A stretch of 64,000 bases of DNA. It comes from Macrostomum hystrix. Lineage: Eukaryota > Animalia > Platyhelminthes. The translations under genes and the position numbers were made by a program. This document shows positions 1-13,565 of the stretch, piece after piece (within the stretch, counting starts at the first letter, position 1; the number at the start of each line of letters is the position of its first letter). The stretch spans positions 5,022,001 to 5,086,000 of the forward strand of contig CATNEN010000025.1 of the NCBI GenBank assembly GCA_950097015.1, given 5' to 3'. The notes beneath the pieces are model-generated. The model did no database searches. It worked only from the letters and a program-made list of their open reading frames with translations, and was not told the origin of the DNA.

Positions 1-699
1 CCGGGTTGTCATGTGCTCCCCAAACTCCTGGCCTCCCAAAACGACCCGGCCGCCCTGTCAAAGCCCTCCTCTCCTGAAAGTGGCGGCGCCGGCAAGTCGC
101 GTTGAGCTTCGCGCCGCCATCCACCGCCACCCGTCCAGGCAGCACGAGAGAGAGAGAGAAACACACACACAGCTTGTCAGACTGTTGTATGCACGCGTGT
201 TGTTGTTGGGTGGCCTGTCAACAATGCCGCCCCCACCCCCCAAAAAATTGGCACTCTGAGGCGCGTTGCGAACTTAAACAAATTCTGAGCAACGCCTCTG
301 CGAGACCTCCTCCCCCCCAAACCCCTTGAGCTCCTACCGGATCTACTAGAATAATAATCCGCAGATAAAGAACTGATCTGATGCACCACTGACAGCTCCG
401 TTGGGTTTGCCTAAATGAGGAAATAATAGCACTAGTGTAGCTCTCATATCCGGCGCTCACTCTGTAGTGCACACACACAGACACACCGAGAAATGGTAGA
501 CTTACTCACGATCAGTTCTTCGTAAGCTAATTTTCAATTGCGTCTTTCCGCTATCCAGCTCTGTTGCCACACTTTCGCGCGCGTTTTGATTTTGGGCGCT
601 GTGAGTCAATGGGTCGAGGTTTTCTCAGCCTTAAAGCAAATACCTATTTTCAATAAAATCTGTCCGATATAAGAAGAAGAAACAGAAGTGCAGAGATTC

Positions 700-2170
700 T
701 CAAGATTCATCAGATTCCTAAGATTCGTCAGATTCCAAGGATTCGTCAGATTCCAAAGATTCGTCAGATTCCAAGGATTCGTCAGTTTCTAAGGATTCGT
801 CAGATTACAAGGATTCGTCAGATTCCAAGGATTCGTCAGATTCCAAGGATTCATCAGATTCCAAGGTATCGTCAGATTCCTAAGATTCGTCAGATTCCAA
901 GGATTTGTCAGATTACAAGGATTCGTCAGATTCAAAGAATGCGTCAGATTCCAAAGTATCGTCAGATTCCTAAGATTCGTCAGATTCCAAGGATTCATCA
1001 GATTCCAAGGATTCGTCGTTTCTAAGGATTCGTCAGATTCCAAAGATTCGTCAGATTCCAAGGATTCGTCAGTTTCTAAGGATTCGTCAGATTCCAAGGA
1101 TTCGTCAGTTTCTAAGGATTCGTCAGATTCCAAAGATTCGTCAGATTCCAAGGATTCGTCAGATTCCTAAAATTTGTCAGATTCAAAGAATTCGTCAGAT
1201 TCCAAGGATTCGTCAGATTCCAAGGTATCGTCAGATTCCTAAGATTCGTCAGATTCCAAGGATTCGTCATATTCCTAAGATTCGTCAGATTCCAAGGATT
1301 CGTCAGATTCCAAGGATTCGTCAGATTACAAGGATTCGTCAGATTCAAAGAATTCGTCAGATTCCAAGGTATCGTCAGATTCCTAAGATTCGTCAGATTC
1401 CAAGGATTCGTCAGATTCCAAGGATTCGTCAGATTCCAAGGATTCGTCAGATTCCAAGGATTCGTCAGATTCAAAGAATGCGTCAGATTCCAAAGTATCG
1501 TCAGATTCCTAAGATTCGTCAGATTCCAAGGATTCGTCAGATTCCAAGGATTCGTCAGATTCCAAGGATTCGTCAGATTCCAAGGATTCATCAGATTCAA
1601 AGAATTCGTCAGATTCCAAGGATTCGTCAGATTTCAAGGATTCGTCAGATTCCAAGGATTCGTCAGATTCCAAGGATTCGTCAGATTCCAAGGATTCGTC
1701 AGATTCCAAGGATTCATCAGATTCAAAGAATTCGTCAGATTCCAAGGATTCGTCAGATTCCAAGGATTTGTCAGATTACAAGGATTCGTCAGATTCAAAG
1801 AATTCGTCAGATTCCAAGGTATCGTCAGATTCCAAGGATTCGTCAGATTTCAAGGATTCGTCAGATTCCAAGGATTCGTCAGATTCCAAGGATTCGTCAG
1901 ATTCCAAGGATTCGTCAGATTTCAAGGATTCGTCAGATTCAAAGAATTCGTCAGATTCCAAGGTATCGTCAGATTCCTAAGATTCGTCAGATTCCAAGGA
2001 TTCATCAGATTCCAAGGATTCGTCAGATTCAAAGAATTCGTCATATTCCAAGGTATCGTCAGATTCCAAGGATTCGTCAGATTCCAAGGATTCGTCAGAT
2101 TTCAAGGATTCGTCAGTTTCTAAGGATTCGTCAGATTCCAAGGATTCGTCAGATTCCAAGGATTTATCAG
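700..2170. repeat. 18-bp minisatellite (GATTCGTCAGATTCCAAG)n
   Basis: About 80 tandem units with recurrent point variants. The DSSDSK and SDESLE frames are broken by in-frame stops from the TCCTAA variant. Confidence 0.97.
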
Positions 2171-2529
2171 ATCCCATTGGAAGTTTTAATGCACGAAACA
2201 AAGTCGACACTCCCTGACTTTAATTAGTATGTGAGAGCGCAGTAACTTTCCTTTGTTTTCACCAAGTCAGGTTCGGCCAGCTCTCTGCAATGTCCTCAGT
2301 TTTGAAATTGAGCTTGGACGTACGTCAAGGATGCCATGAATAAAACATGCTTTGCTGTTATTTAAGATTCGCACTGCTATAGGAGTTGTATAGGGACCTG
2401 TACTGAGAGCTAGGCTATATTATATCGTTCTTTGTCATCTTATCTCCTTTGACCCGTGTCTTAACTTCCTCTCTCATCGCAATATCTGCTAATTTAATTT
2501 AAACTAATAAGCTTAAGGCATTCAGTTTG

Positions 2530-4050
2530 ATAGACTCACAGCTCGTAATATTGATGCATTGATAGACACACAGCTACGCTCGTAATATTGATGCATTGAT
2601 AGACACACAGCTACGATCGTAATATTGATGCATTGATAGATACACAGATACGCTCGTAATATTGATGCATTGATAGACACACAGCTACGCTCGTAATATT
2701 GATGCATTGATAGACACACAGCTACGCTCGTAATATTGATGCATTGATAGACACACAGCTACGCTCGTAATATTGATGCATTGATAGATACACAGCTACG
2801 CTCGTAATATTGATGCATTGATAGATACACAGCTACGCTCGTAATATTGATGCATTGATAGATACACAGCTACGCTCGTAATATTGATGCATTGATAGAC
2901 ACACAGCTACGCTCGTAATATTGATGCATTGATAGATACACAGCTACGCTCGTAATATTGATGCATTGATAGATACACAGATACGCTCGTAATATTGATG
3001 CATTGATAGATACACAGATACGCTCGTAATATTGATGCATTGATAGACAAACAGCTACGCTCGTAATATTGATGCATTGATAGATACACAGCTAATATTG
3101 ATGCATTGATAGATACACAGCTAATATTTATGCATTGATAGATACACAGCTAATATTGATGCATTGATAGATACACAGCTAATATTTATGCATTGATAGA
3201 TACACAGCTAATATTTATGCATTGATAGATACACAGCTGATATTGATGAATTGATAGATACACAGCTAATATTGATGCATTGATAGATACACAGCTGATA
3301 TTGATGAATTGATAGATACACAGCTAATATTGATGCATTGATAGATACACAGCTGATATTGATGAATTGATAGATACACAGCTAATATTTATGCATTGAT
3401 AGATACACAGCTGATATTGATGAATTGATAGATACACAGCTAATATTGATGCATTGATAGATACACAGCTGATATTGATGAATTGATAGATACACAGCTA
3501 ATATTGATGCATTGATAGATACACAGCTAATATTGATGCATTGATAGATACACAGCTAATATTGATGCATTGATAGATACACAGCTAATATTGATGCATT
3601 GATAGATACACAGCTGATATTGATGAATTGATAGATACACAGCTAATATTGATGCATTGATAGATACACAGCTAATATTGATGCATTGATAGATACACAG
3701 CTAATATTGATGCATTGATAGATACACAGCTGATATTGATGAATTGATAGATACACAGCTAATATTGATGCATTGATAGATACACAGCTAATATTGATGC
3801 ATTGATAGATACACAGCTGATATTGATGCATTGATAGATACACAGCTGATATTGATGCATTGATAGATACACAGCTAATATTGATGAATTGATAGACACA
3901 CAGCTAATATTGATGCATTGATAGATACACAGCTAATATTGATGCATTGATAGACACACAGCTAATATTGATGCATTGATAGACACACAGCTAATATTGA
4001 TGCATGGATAGACACACAGCTAATATTGATGCATTGATAGACACACATTT
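2530..4050. repeat. Compound minisatellite: 37-bp unit switching to a 29-bp unit near 3090
   Basis: CAGCTACGCTCGTAATATTGATGCATTGATAGACACA (37 bp) is followed by CAGCTAATATTGATGCATTGATAGATACA (29 bp). The units differ by an 8-bp deletion. Confidence 0.95.
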
Positions 4051-5019
4051 AATTTTAGTGCATTGATGGACACAGGACACAGCTGTTTGAGTCAGCATTT
4101 GAGTAGACTATCGCACATATTCTTGGCTGGTGAAGAGCACACACTACCCTACTCAATGGTGTCGTTGAGGGCCACTTTGCCAGCATCTTCTAATTTGTCT
4201 CAAAGCGCCCGGAAATGCCTTCTGTGCGTGCTAGAAGAGCATTTGTTCCGCCTCGCTATAAACAGGCTTCTTGCCTTACTATTGCATTGATTTCCCTAAA
4301 ATGTTAAGGTAACGCATAGAGAGGCCCCAGGTGGCCAAGTTTCTTTCTCTAATCAGGTATTAGCAGCTTTTTTTCTTCAACAAAAAAGACTAGCTGGCAT
4401 GCGAGCAACTGGGGATCTATCTTTTTTTACACTTCCGTTTGACTATTTTTGTTCCTAAAAGTGGATTTCTGTTGGAGGATTTTTTGTTGCGTAGTTTTTT
4501 TTCAACAAGTTTCGCGCGCTGTGTTTGGTTGATTAAAGGGTGGGGAATATACTCGTACTCGTTTAAAGCTATGAGTAGATATCTTGGCTGTAGGATACAA
4601 TAACAAATGTATTTCAAAGCGAACAGATGGATAGGTGAATGGGAATGGAAAGTGTATGTTTAGGAGATAAAACAATATTTATCAGGCAAAAAATATAATG
4701 GTAAAAAGGATTAGATTATAGAGATAAGATAAAAGGGATAAAAATGAGATTAGAGAAACATGTGATAAACGAGTGATGAGATGAGATGAGAGAGAATAGA
4801 GAGATGAGATGAGATGAACGAGAATAGAGAAGTGGCATGAGATGAGATTAGTGAGAGATGAGATGAGAGAGAATATGGAGGTGACAGTAGAAAGAAATGG
4901 GTTAAGAGAGATGAATCAACGAAAAACGGATCTGAAAATATTCTGAATGGAAGCGCGGGAAGTTCCTAAAAAGATATGTCCAGAGTAGATTGAGGAGCAA
5001 AAGGAAATATCTGATTATT

Positions 5020-5560
5020 TGGAACCTATTTGTATTTGGAAGCGATCGCCTGCCTGATAATGGATTGTCAGTCCTTCTCGAGCACCTGTCGTGACACCAA
5101 CAAATCAGGCCGAGCGATCGCCAAAGAAATAGAAAAAATCTCTGTCACTGTCTATTTTCAGCGTTTAATCCGAGAATCTTCCAAACTAAGCGCCGATAAT
5201 ACGGAGAGAAATCAATAAAATTCGATGATTGGAAATCAGGGCACCTGGACAGTGTGAGGGGGAATTTTAATTAACAACAATGTCATCTGCTCAGCTCACG
5301 CCAAGGCATCGCGTGACCTCTCGGGGATTACAGACAAGTGAAATTCTCGAGGAACGCCACTCCAACTGGGACAAACGAGACATTTTTCTACACACTCCAT
5401 TCCTTCTTTGGGGGATATAGTTCGTGTTTGCATTGGAATTTTCCTAGGAAACGAACTCCTGACCTCTGTCAAGTGATAGGAACTCAAAGTCCTGATTGCA
5501 GGACTAAAATCTCGATTTATCAAAATATACCAATCAACAGTAACTAGGGTGTTTAACAGT
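5020..5560 (-). mobile_element. Possible decayed retroviral-type (rve) integrase relic (Gypsy- or Polinton-like)
   Basis: The minus strand reads FLSLDRGQEFVS*ENSNANTNYIPQRRNGVCRK, resembling SDNG/DRG.EF...PYHPQSNG.ER. It later reads YQAGDRFQI, resembling FKVGD.V.I. Stops are present and the motif spacing is short. Confidence 0.3.
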
Positions 5561-6089
5561 AGAACTACCAAGGGGGGGGGGAATTTCCCCCCTGACAATT
5601 TTTTTTGCTGCACCCGAACGGAACAATGCAAGCACACGAAACTCAAGAACACGGGCCAACTTTTTGTTGCGCATCTTCTGAAACAAGAAACAAGTCGCCA
5701 GCTCTTCAGACCGTCGAGATATTCAATGTTCCTGGCCGAAGGTCCGATTTTTCCCATAAGAGCTAGTGTATTTCATACACCCCTATACGAATTTGCACTG
5801 CGCCTCAGTGCGGCCTTGCCAGACCTTCAAATTTTATCAGCATGTCACCCGAATGTGCCTGCATCATCTCCGTCTTTGGTGGTCACCTACCTTTATCTAG
5901 ACGGACTGCGGGACCTTCAAAGGCAAAAATGTGGAAATAGGCCACTCTGGACCCCTGACGCGAATTTCTAAAATTTCACTGTTGAAGCCTAAATATTAGG
6001 CGCAGCTCAACCACAGGACACCATCGCCTAGTCTGTCAACCAACAGGCGGCAAAATGGCTTGGTAGTCCTACTGTTAACAGTAGAAAGA

Positions 6090-6330
6090 CAAAGCTATTT
6101 TTCGCCCGGGGGTGGGACCACGGGGCTATTTCAAATACACGCTGCCGACTTCGCGACTGCTCCCAAACCGAATGACCGACTTTCGTGAAAGTCCACCACA
6201 TGGATCAACATTTCCCGCCCTTTATTAACTAAACTTATTCAAAATAGACTAATTTTCTTAGCCGTCTCACGTCAGCATCGTCCAGATATTCAGCGATTCT
6301 AGTCAAAGACCCTAGTGTCAATCACAACTA
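6090..6330 (-). repeat. Dispersed repeat shared with the NUDT2 intron (about 29060-29240)
   Basis: Shared blocks TATTTCAAATAC..GCTGCC, AAACCGAAT, TTCGTGAAAGTCCACCA..TGGAT, TTCAGCGA and AAGACCCT. Confidence 0.7.
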
Positions 6331-6514
6331 GCATTGCTCAGTATAAACCTCAATTACGAAAATATACTGGTTCTATACTTAAAAAAGTAACAATATAATT
6401 AATACAATACAATGAACAATAATTGACGACATGGTTAAAAGGTGAATTTTTTTGACTGAAAAAATTATGCCTGGTTTTTGCCATCAGACACCCGGAATTT
6501 GCTTCATCGGTTAG

Positions 6515-6585
6515 AGCAGGGTTCGGCAAACTCCGGCCCGCGGGCCAGATCCGGCCCTCGAAGCTCCCAAATCCGGTCCGTTGCC
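6515..6585 (+). mobile_element. hAT-Charlie (MER58-like) terminal fragment
   Basis: CAGGGTTCGGCAAACTCCGGCCCGCGGGCCAGATCCGGCCC closely matches the MER58/Charlie-type terminus. The other end was not found. Confidence 0.6.
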
Positions 6586-7604
6586 CCTTCCAACACATAT
6601 CCTGTTGAATATTGGTTGAATATTTTCGGATACAGAATACAGAAAAAACGATAAACAAAGTCAGATTATATTATTGTTCGCAAAAAAATGAAAAAAATCT
6701 ATTTTCTGAGAAAAAATCTAGACAGTAGTTTCTTCCACAACTCGATAGTGATAGGCAGAAAGAAACCTTACCAATGACCCTATTCATTCGCTTTGCAGTC
6801 ATTAGCTGCTTAGATTCGACAGAAAAGCAAGTAGGATAAATAACGACTCATATTTAAGCTGGCCACATTTTTTGCTTCTAACTCCCAGAGCCAGTGTAAT
6901 TACAGACACGGCAACACGGCAACATAATAAGGCTGGCTAATTGGATATTTCAATGCGTCTTTCATTTTCAAGACTGGAAGCTACAAAGGGGGGGCAATTT
7001 GTTGACGATAAAAAGCAGCGAAACACACACTGAAGATAGCGGAGAAGTCTTGACAACACAGGGAGACAGATTGAAAAATAGGGGAGAAAACGGAAATTGG
7101 GGGTAAAGCCCGTATATCCAGGAAACCTTCCTATTCCCGGCTCCCTGTTCTCACGATACACTAGACTTGAGCATAATTAGTAGGCAAAATAGACTGACGG
7201 GCAGAGAGTGCGAAATATGAAACGGTCTCGCTTGGGTGTTCGCGTGTCTAGCCCCTGTGCTCAAGCTCAGCGTTTCCTCGAGCTTGTGTGCAACGGTGGA
7301 AATGGCAAATTTGACACCTGGGAAGGCTGGACGCGAGAGTGACAAGTGTCGGCGGACATGAAAGCAAAAAGGTTAGGAGGACAGTTGCTAGGGAAAGAGC
7401 AGCTTTGTCGAGGTTGACTACCCTCCCCACCAAGGTGCCTGAGTTCGAATCCTAGAGACCTTCACAATGATCTATATGAGAGAGTTCATTATTTATTGCT
7501 TCAATGTCGATTCTTATCTCTTACTTTGGCTTTATAAAAATATTAACTTCAGTTAATTGAGGAATCCAGGAATTAATATCAGCATGTGTTAATCGCTTCG
7601 AAAG

Positions 7605-7800
7605 GCTGCGTACGGCTGTTCAGTCCATGGACTGGGGGGACGCCACACCCACCCTCAATTACCCCAGCTGATGCTGGTGCCAATTTAACAGCCGGGTGAA
7701 CTGAAGCAATGCAGAGTTAATTATCTTGCTAAAGGACAAAAACTGTTCTAGTGGAGTCTCGAATCGAACCCCCGACCTTCAAGAGCCAGCTAGTTATGCT
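7605..7800 (-). mobile_element. SINE family B copy (tRNA-derived)
   Basis: B-box-like GGTTCGATTCG on the minus strand, plus the core CAGCCGGGTGAACTGAAGCAATGCAGA..TAA..ATC..GCTAA.GGACA. The paralog is at 12375-12525. Confidence 0.7.
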
Positions 7801-8689
7801 AGGAGTCTGTAGCATAAACCACTGTAGTAGCTCAACTTGAAACTCAAGTGGTTTATTAAGGAGCAGCTAGGCTGGTTCAGAATGATTTCACAGAAAACAA
7901 TCATTCAATTCCCCGACAAAACCAAGAAGCCCGATTTTCTAGAGTCCGTTATCGATTCTTGTGCCAGATCAGATGATAAGATCTAGCGTGACCCCCGGTC
8001 AGATGCGGGCCCTGCATGGCGAGTTGCGAAATTCCCTAAATTAGTGAGGTGGGGTTTAGAAACAGATCGTTTGAGCTGACAGCAAGCAGCTCAGCACAAC
8101 TGTTCAACGCCAATTAACAGGGTGATTTAGTTTGCTGCGGGTGGGGGGGGGGGCCACTGCTGACCTCTTTGTTTGACTGTTCTCAAATGTTCTCAAATAT
8201 GTAGGCTTAAAAAAACAGGTGCCGATATTTCTATTCAACTGAAACTTTTAAGCATGAAGCGAACAATGCATCCGCAGCGCAGATGATAATTCAGTTTCTC
8301 TTATTCTTTTTCTGCTCTTGCTCATCACTGTCTTTCTTCTAGCTTGTTTTCGCATGCACGCCTTCAGTCCGGAACTGTTGTGCTCAAATCCAATTATCAC
8401 GTTGAGCAGGTATAGTTGCATCCTCTGATCCTCTTGATTGCGTAATCCGGCCTGTGGGGATGTGTTGTAAGGCTTCAGCTAAATTAGTATTCATTCTAAT
8501 TTGTTACCTGGTCAAGCAACTATTAACTGTGGAATTTCAGAGTCCAGTTAGTGGCGGAATTACCGCCCAAAATATTCGGCTCATGCTCGGTTTTTTCTGC
8601 GCCATTTTCTAAGCCGTTATCCATCCAAAACATATTTTTGCTTCAGATACTGTCCATTTTTTATACCAGACATATCTACTCAGGTCTAC

Positions 8690-9105
8690 CTAAGACTACT
8701 CAACATCTACCACAGAACCTACTCAAATCTACTCCTGAACCTACTCAAATCTACTCAGAACCTACTCAAATCTACTCAGAACCTACTCAAATCTACTCCT
8801 GAACCTACTCAAATCTACTCTGAAACGACTCAGATCTACTCAGAACCTACTCAGATCTACTCCAGAACCTACTCAGATCTACTCAGAACCTACTCAGATC
8901 TACTCCAGAACCTACTCAAATCTACTCCTGTACCTACTCAAATCTACTCCTGAACCTACTCAAATCTACTCAGAACCTACTCAGATCTACTCCTGAACCT
9001 ACTCAAATCTACTCTGAACCTACTCAGATCTACTCAGAACCTACTCAGACCTACTCAGAACCTACTCAAATCTACTCAGTTCTACTCAGATATACTCAAA
9101 TATGC
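8690..9105. repeat. 21-22-bp minisatellite (GAACCTACTCAAATCTACTCA/CCT)n
   Basis: Direct tandem repeat. Confidence 0.93.
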
Positions 9106-9714
9106 TCACCTGTCACCAATCTCTGGCAGATGTGGCTAAGCTGGACTCAAAGAACCTGCGCCTGATCACTGGCTCGCCGCCTGGCGTCGCCCCGTCGCCG
9201 CGCCTGGTGGCCGCAGCCGTCGCCACCTCGACGATTCTGCTTCGGTTGCTTCGGCTGTTGAAGTAGAGAGAAGCAAAAAAGTTTTTTTCCTGTTGTAAAT
9301 TTGTGCGCTTCTTGCTAAAAAGGAACCGTTATTTTATAGTTTGTCTTTGAGTCTAAAATAATTGTTTGAAAAGTTTTGCACCGCCTCTTTGCTCATAGTC
9401 AGAATAGATTCATATTCAAATTGCCCGCTTTTAATACGCACTTTAGCTTTGAGCAAATGTGCATAAGAGAAGTTCACTGTTCGTGTTTTCACGATAACAT
9501 AGAAGTACTTGCGTTCAGAATTCAAACAAATAATACCAATCGCAGCTTAATCTTCAATCAGTCTTTTTATCATTCGTCCTTTTTTGTGCTCACGTTTGTA
9601 CTCGTGTTTTATCACGGAAATAATTGACTATTGAGTAACGATATCGTCGCTCATCATCTGTTGCCTCGCGAATGTACTTTAAAATGCGCACAGAGAATCA
9701 AATGTACATAAAAA

Positions 9715-9900
9715 TTTACATTGCGATCGAATGTGCACTAGCTTATCAATGTACATATGCGATCGAATGTACACCAGCAATGTACATTGTCGATCGAATG
9801 TACACCAGCAATGTCCATATGCGATCGAATGTACACCAGCAATGTACATTGTCGATCGAATGTACACCAGCAATGTACATATACAATCGAATGTACACTA
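9715..9900. repeat. Short ~36-bp tandem repeat (GATCGAATGTACACCAGCAATGTACAT..)
   Basis: About 5 copies. Confidence 0.85.
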
Positions 9901-10390
9901 ACAATCTGCGTAGGAAATCAAATGCAAAAAGCCTAATTCGTATAAAAGACAAAAAAACACAGACAATCGAAAATCTGCACATAATGTGCATTGAATACCC
10001 AACAGGAAAATCATATGTTCATTAAGTGTGTGGTCTATATTGATCTATAATCTCAGTAAATGTAATTGAATGTACCTTTAATTCTGATCCCGTTCTAATT
10101 GTAGCGCCGATTCAAAAAATATTATTCCAATTTGACATTTTCGTGCAACACCTCATAAAACATTTAAATAGTTTTTTTCGTCAGATATTCTGCCCCAAAT
10201 AATTGATGCTGAAATTGCTGTTTGAGTTGCTTTTTTATCACCACATGCTTGTCTTGTCTAGTGTTTGTCTTTCTTGTACATAATACACTCGAATGAAACC
10301 GTTAAAGTCGGCAAGCTGTCAAAATTATTTTGTGTTTTGGAGAGTAATCCTGAAACATTATTTAAAATGATTAGATTGACGTTTTTATGG

Positions 10391-11177
10391 GATGAGAGTG
10401 ACAGTTTGATCAGATGAGAGTGACAGTTTGATCAGATGAGAGTGACAGAGTGATTAGATGAGAGTGACAGTATGATTAGATGAGAGTGACAGTGTGATTA
10501 GAGGAGAGTGACAGTTTGATTAGATGAGAGTGACAGTTTGATTAGATGAGAGTGACAGTTTGATTAGAGGAGAGTGACAGTTTGATTAGATGAGAGTGAC
10601 AGTTTGATTAGAGGAGAGTGACAGTTTGATTAGAGGAGAGTGACAGTTTGATTAGATGAGAGTGACAGTTTGATTAGATGAGAGTGACAGTTTGATTAGA
10701 GGAGAGTGACAGTTTGATTAGATGAGAGTGACAGAGTGATCAGATGAGAGTGACAGTGTGATCAGATGAGAGTGACAGTTTGAACAGATGAGAGTGACAG
10801 AGTGATCAGATGAGAGTGACAGTGTGATCAGATGAGAGTGACAGTTTGAACAGATGAGAGTGACAGAGTGATCAGATGAGAGTGACAGTGTGATCAGATG
10901 AGAGTGACAGTGTGATCAGATGAGAGTGACAGTGTGAACAGATGAGAGTGACAGAGTGATTAGATGAGAGTGACAGTTTGATCAGATGAGAGTGACAGTT
11001 TGATTAGATGAGAGTGACAGTTTGATCAGATGAGAGTGACAGAGTGATTAGATGAGAGTGACAGTTTGATCAGATGAGAGTGACAGTTTGATTAGATAAG
11101 ACTGATAGTTTGATTAGATAAGACTGATAGTTTGATTAGATAAGACTGATAGTTTGATTAGATGAGAGTGACAGTTT
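10391..11177. repeat. 22-bp minisatellite (GATGAGAGTGACAGTTTGATTA)n
   Basis: Direct tandem repeat, about 35 units. Confidence 0.96.
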
Positions 11178-12374
11178 AAAATACTGACCGTGGCAGATAG
11201 TTTTGATGTGCTTTGATGTGATGGCAGCTACAGAATCGCCAGGCAAAATTCCGAAATATTCAAAGAGTAATTAATTGCTGAAATCGGCTTTCGTGTTTGT
11301 CCCGAGCTTTACCTGAGGGAATGGCAGTAGGGGCTTCAATTAATTAGCCATGCGTAATATCTTAGCAACTGCTTAGCAACCGCTTTCATATCGGGACAAC
11401 TTGCGACTTAGGGAACAGACGGGGCGAAGCTGAGCAAGCGTGACTAATCCCCTTTACTCGGGAAATGACTGGTCCTTTGCCGGTTCGACTGTTTAATATA
11501 AATTTCTATAAACGGGTCGATGCCAAAGGCGATAATCAAATCACCCCCAGCAGCTCCCTGCGGTCCTCCTTCTAGCAGCGAGTGCCCGAAGCCCTACAGG
11601 GCCTTTCGCTGAAATCTGTCGATGTAGCATTTATTTACTCGTAATACCAGTCAACTTGGTGGACGGTGAGCCTTAAGATGGTTCGCATGATCGTTTTTTA
11701 ACGTGGTAAACTCAGATTTTTAAAATAAAGAAATCTAATTATGGTTATTCAAATGAATTTTTACGGTTGATTTGCTGCACAATGAGAAAGATATTTATTG
11801 ACAGAACTTTCATTGAGAAATTGTGCTTTTATTAATACTTCCAGACCAGAGGACTTTTACGAAAATTTGCTACCTTTTTCTCCAGCAGTTTCTTGTCGAA
11901 ATTCTCGTCAAAGATGATGAACCAGTTTCTGGGCAATATTCTATGGGGTAAGGGGAACTGGGACATAAGTCTTGGCTAATGGGATTTCTAGATTTATAAA
12001 GTTGATGCAGGTAGCCATTTAAAGGCCTGTTTATAAGCGGCTAAATCAGATTTCCCCTGGAGAAAATCCCGGTTCCCAATCCCAGACACACGCGAGATTC
12101 CGCCGCTATCTTCAATGCCAATGACAACCCAGAATGATGACGATAAACTACGAGTATTTGTAACATTTATCCCTAGACTAGACAAAACGTCTGGCTTAAA
12201 AGCGGGCTATTGTATTGGCATAGGCTCTGTGATTGCTTATTTCTCGTTTTTTTAATGTTCGACATTTCGTTCGAAACCTGATTGCACATGCATCGAGGGT
12301 ATAAGACAGATGGTATTAAGTATTTTGTCCAGGGAAATTTCCTTATATATCACCTGCCCCAAACAAGTCAGATG

Positions 12375-12525
12375 TACAGCGTACGACTGTTCAGTCCATG
12401 GACTGGGGAGATGCCACGCTTACTCTCAACAGCTGGGTGAACTGAAGCAATGCAGAATTAAGTGCATCGCTAAGGGACACAAATTGTTCCAGCGGAGTCA
12501 GGTATCGAACTCCCGACCTTCTAAA
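12375..12525 (-). mobile_element. SINE family B copy
   Basis: Collinear with 7605-7800 (CGTAC.GCTGTTCAGTCCATGGACTGGGG...TCGAAC.CCCGACCTTC). Confidence 0.7.
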
Positions 12526-12935
12526 TAATTTAACAATTTGCCACAAAATTTGTTTTAAATTTCTCTTTCAGAACTTTCACTGTTGCAGGCTTGTTGTCGG
12601 AAAAAAACAAAAAAAGCATCCGTTGAAATGTTATAAAGGTTTGTAAATGGCGTAGAAATAGAGGCGACATCTTGGGAAACAATTTTTTGTTAGATTTGAT
12701 TAGATCTCAGTTGCGAAAATAAATTTAGAAACATTGGCAGAATAGAAATGTCACAGGTGAGGCGGCATGCAGTTAACTTCGTTCAAGACCCAAAAGACAA
12801 AAAAAGCAAATTTGTCTCTGACTTTCTTGGAATTAATCAAAGGGCGGTTCAGGTGCAATACTAAAGGCTTCCAAATTGCTTATATTTTGTTCGGATCGAA
12901 AGAAAGGCATTGCTAAGAAATATTTCTTTTTAAGA

Positions 12936-13215
12936 AGTGGCAGAGCGGTTAACAACGCGTTTGCCTCTCGCACCGAGGTCCCTGAGCTCGATTCCGCGGC
13001 GAGGCCACATTCATTTGGGCGCAGCCGCGGATAGAAGGCTTGGGGGCTTCTCGTGCAATTTACGCCCTTGAGGGCCAACCTCCAAGGCACAGTGAAAGTG
13101 TACACTGCCTGACGATGAGAAAGTCAGGGCAGATGTACACACCTGTGCACGTGTGCCTGCGTACAGTATCTGTGTGCGTGTGTGCTCAGGAGTCAGCGGA
13201 ATGAGCAGAATTGCC
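12936..13215 (+). mobile_element. SINE family A copy (tRNA-derived head)
   Basis: A-box-like TGGCAGAGCGGTT and B-box-like GAGCTCGATTCC. The body is shared with 33975-34280, 59784-60030 and 63735-64000. Confidence 0.85.
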
Positions 13216-13249
13216 TCCTCGCTGGCTGCAAGTCTAGTGTCACTAAGTT

Positions 13250-13565
13250 TACCAGTTTGAGGATTTGCCAGTTTGAGGATTTACCAGTTTGAGGATTTAC
13301 CAGTTTGAGGATTTACCAGTTTGAGGATTTAGCAGTTTGAGGATTTACCAGTTTGAGGATTTACCAGTTTGAGGATTTACCAGTTTTAGGATTTACCAGT
13401 TTGAGGATTTACCAGTTTGAGGATTTGCCAGTTTGAGGATTTGCTAGTTTGAGGATTTACCAGTTTGAGGATTTACCAGTTTGAGGATTTACCAGTTTGA
13501 GGATTTACCAGTTTGAGGATTTGCTAGTTTGAGGATTTACCAGTTTGAGGATTTGCTAGTTTGAG
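13250..13565. repeat. 16-bp minisatellite (CCAGTTTGAGGATTTA)n
   Basis: Direct tandem repeat. Confidence 0.95.

Noticed and set aside
700-2227. DSSDSK repeats resembling dentin phosphophoryn or SD-repeat proteins
   Set aside because: Recurrent in-frame stops in both the DSSDSK and SDESLE frames; it behaves as a non-coding minisatellite.
6271-6311. Micro-exon with a YLDD (RT-like) or BH3-like motif
   Set aside because: It lies in a dispersed repeat and is too short for either motif to be meaningful.
11355-11385. Tandem CTTAGCAAC RFX/X-box-like half sites (also about 51052-51075 and 29940-29952)
   Set aside because: Short motifs expected by chance, not full palindromic X-boxes, and no mapped start sites.
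12936-13010. tRNA gene candidates here and at 7400-7460 and 59784-59850
   Set aside because: A/B boxes are present, but there is no complete cloverleaf and (except at 7400) they continue into a shared SINE body.
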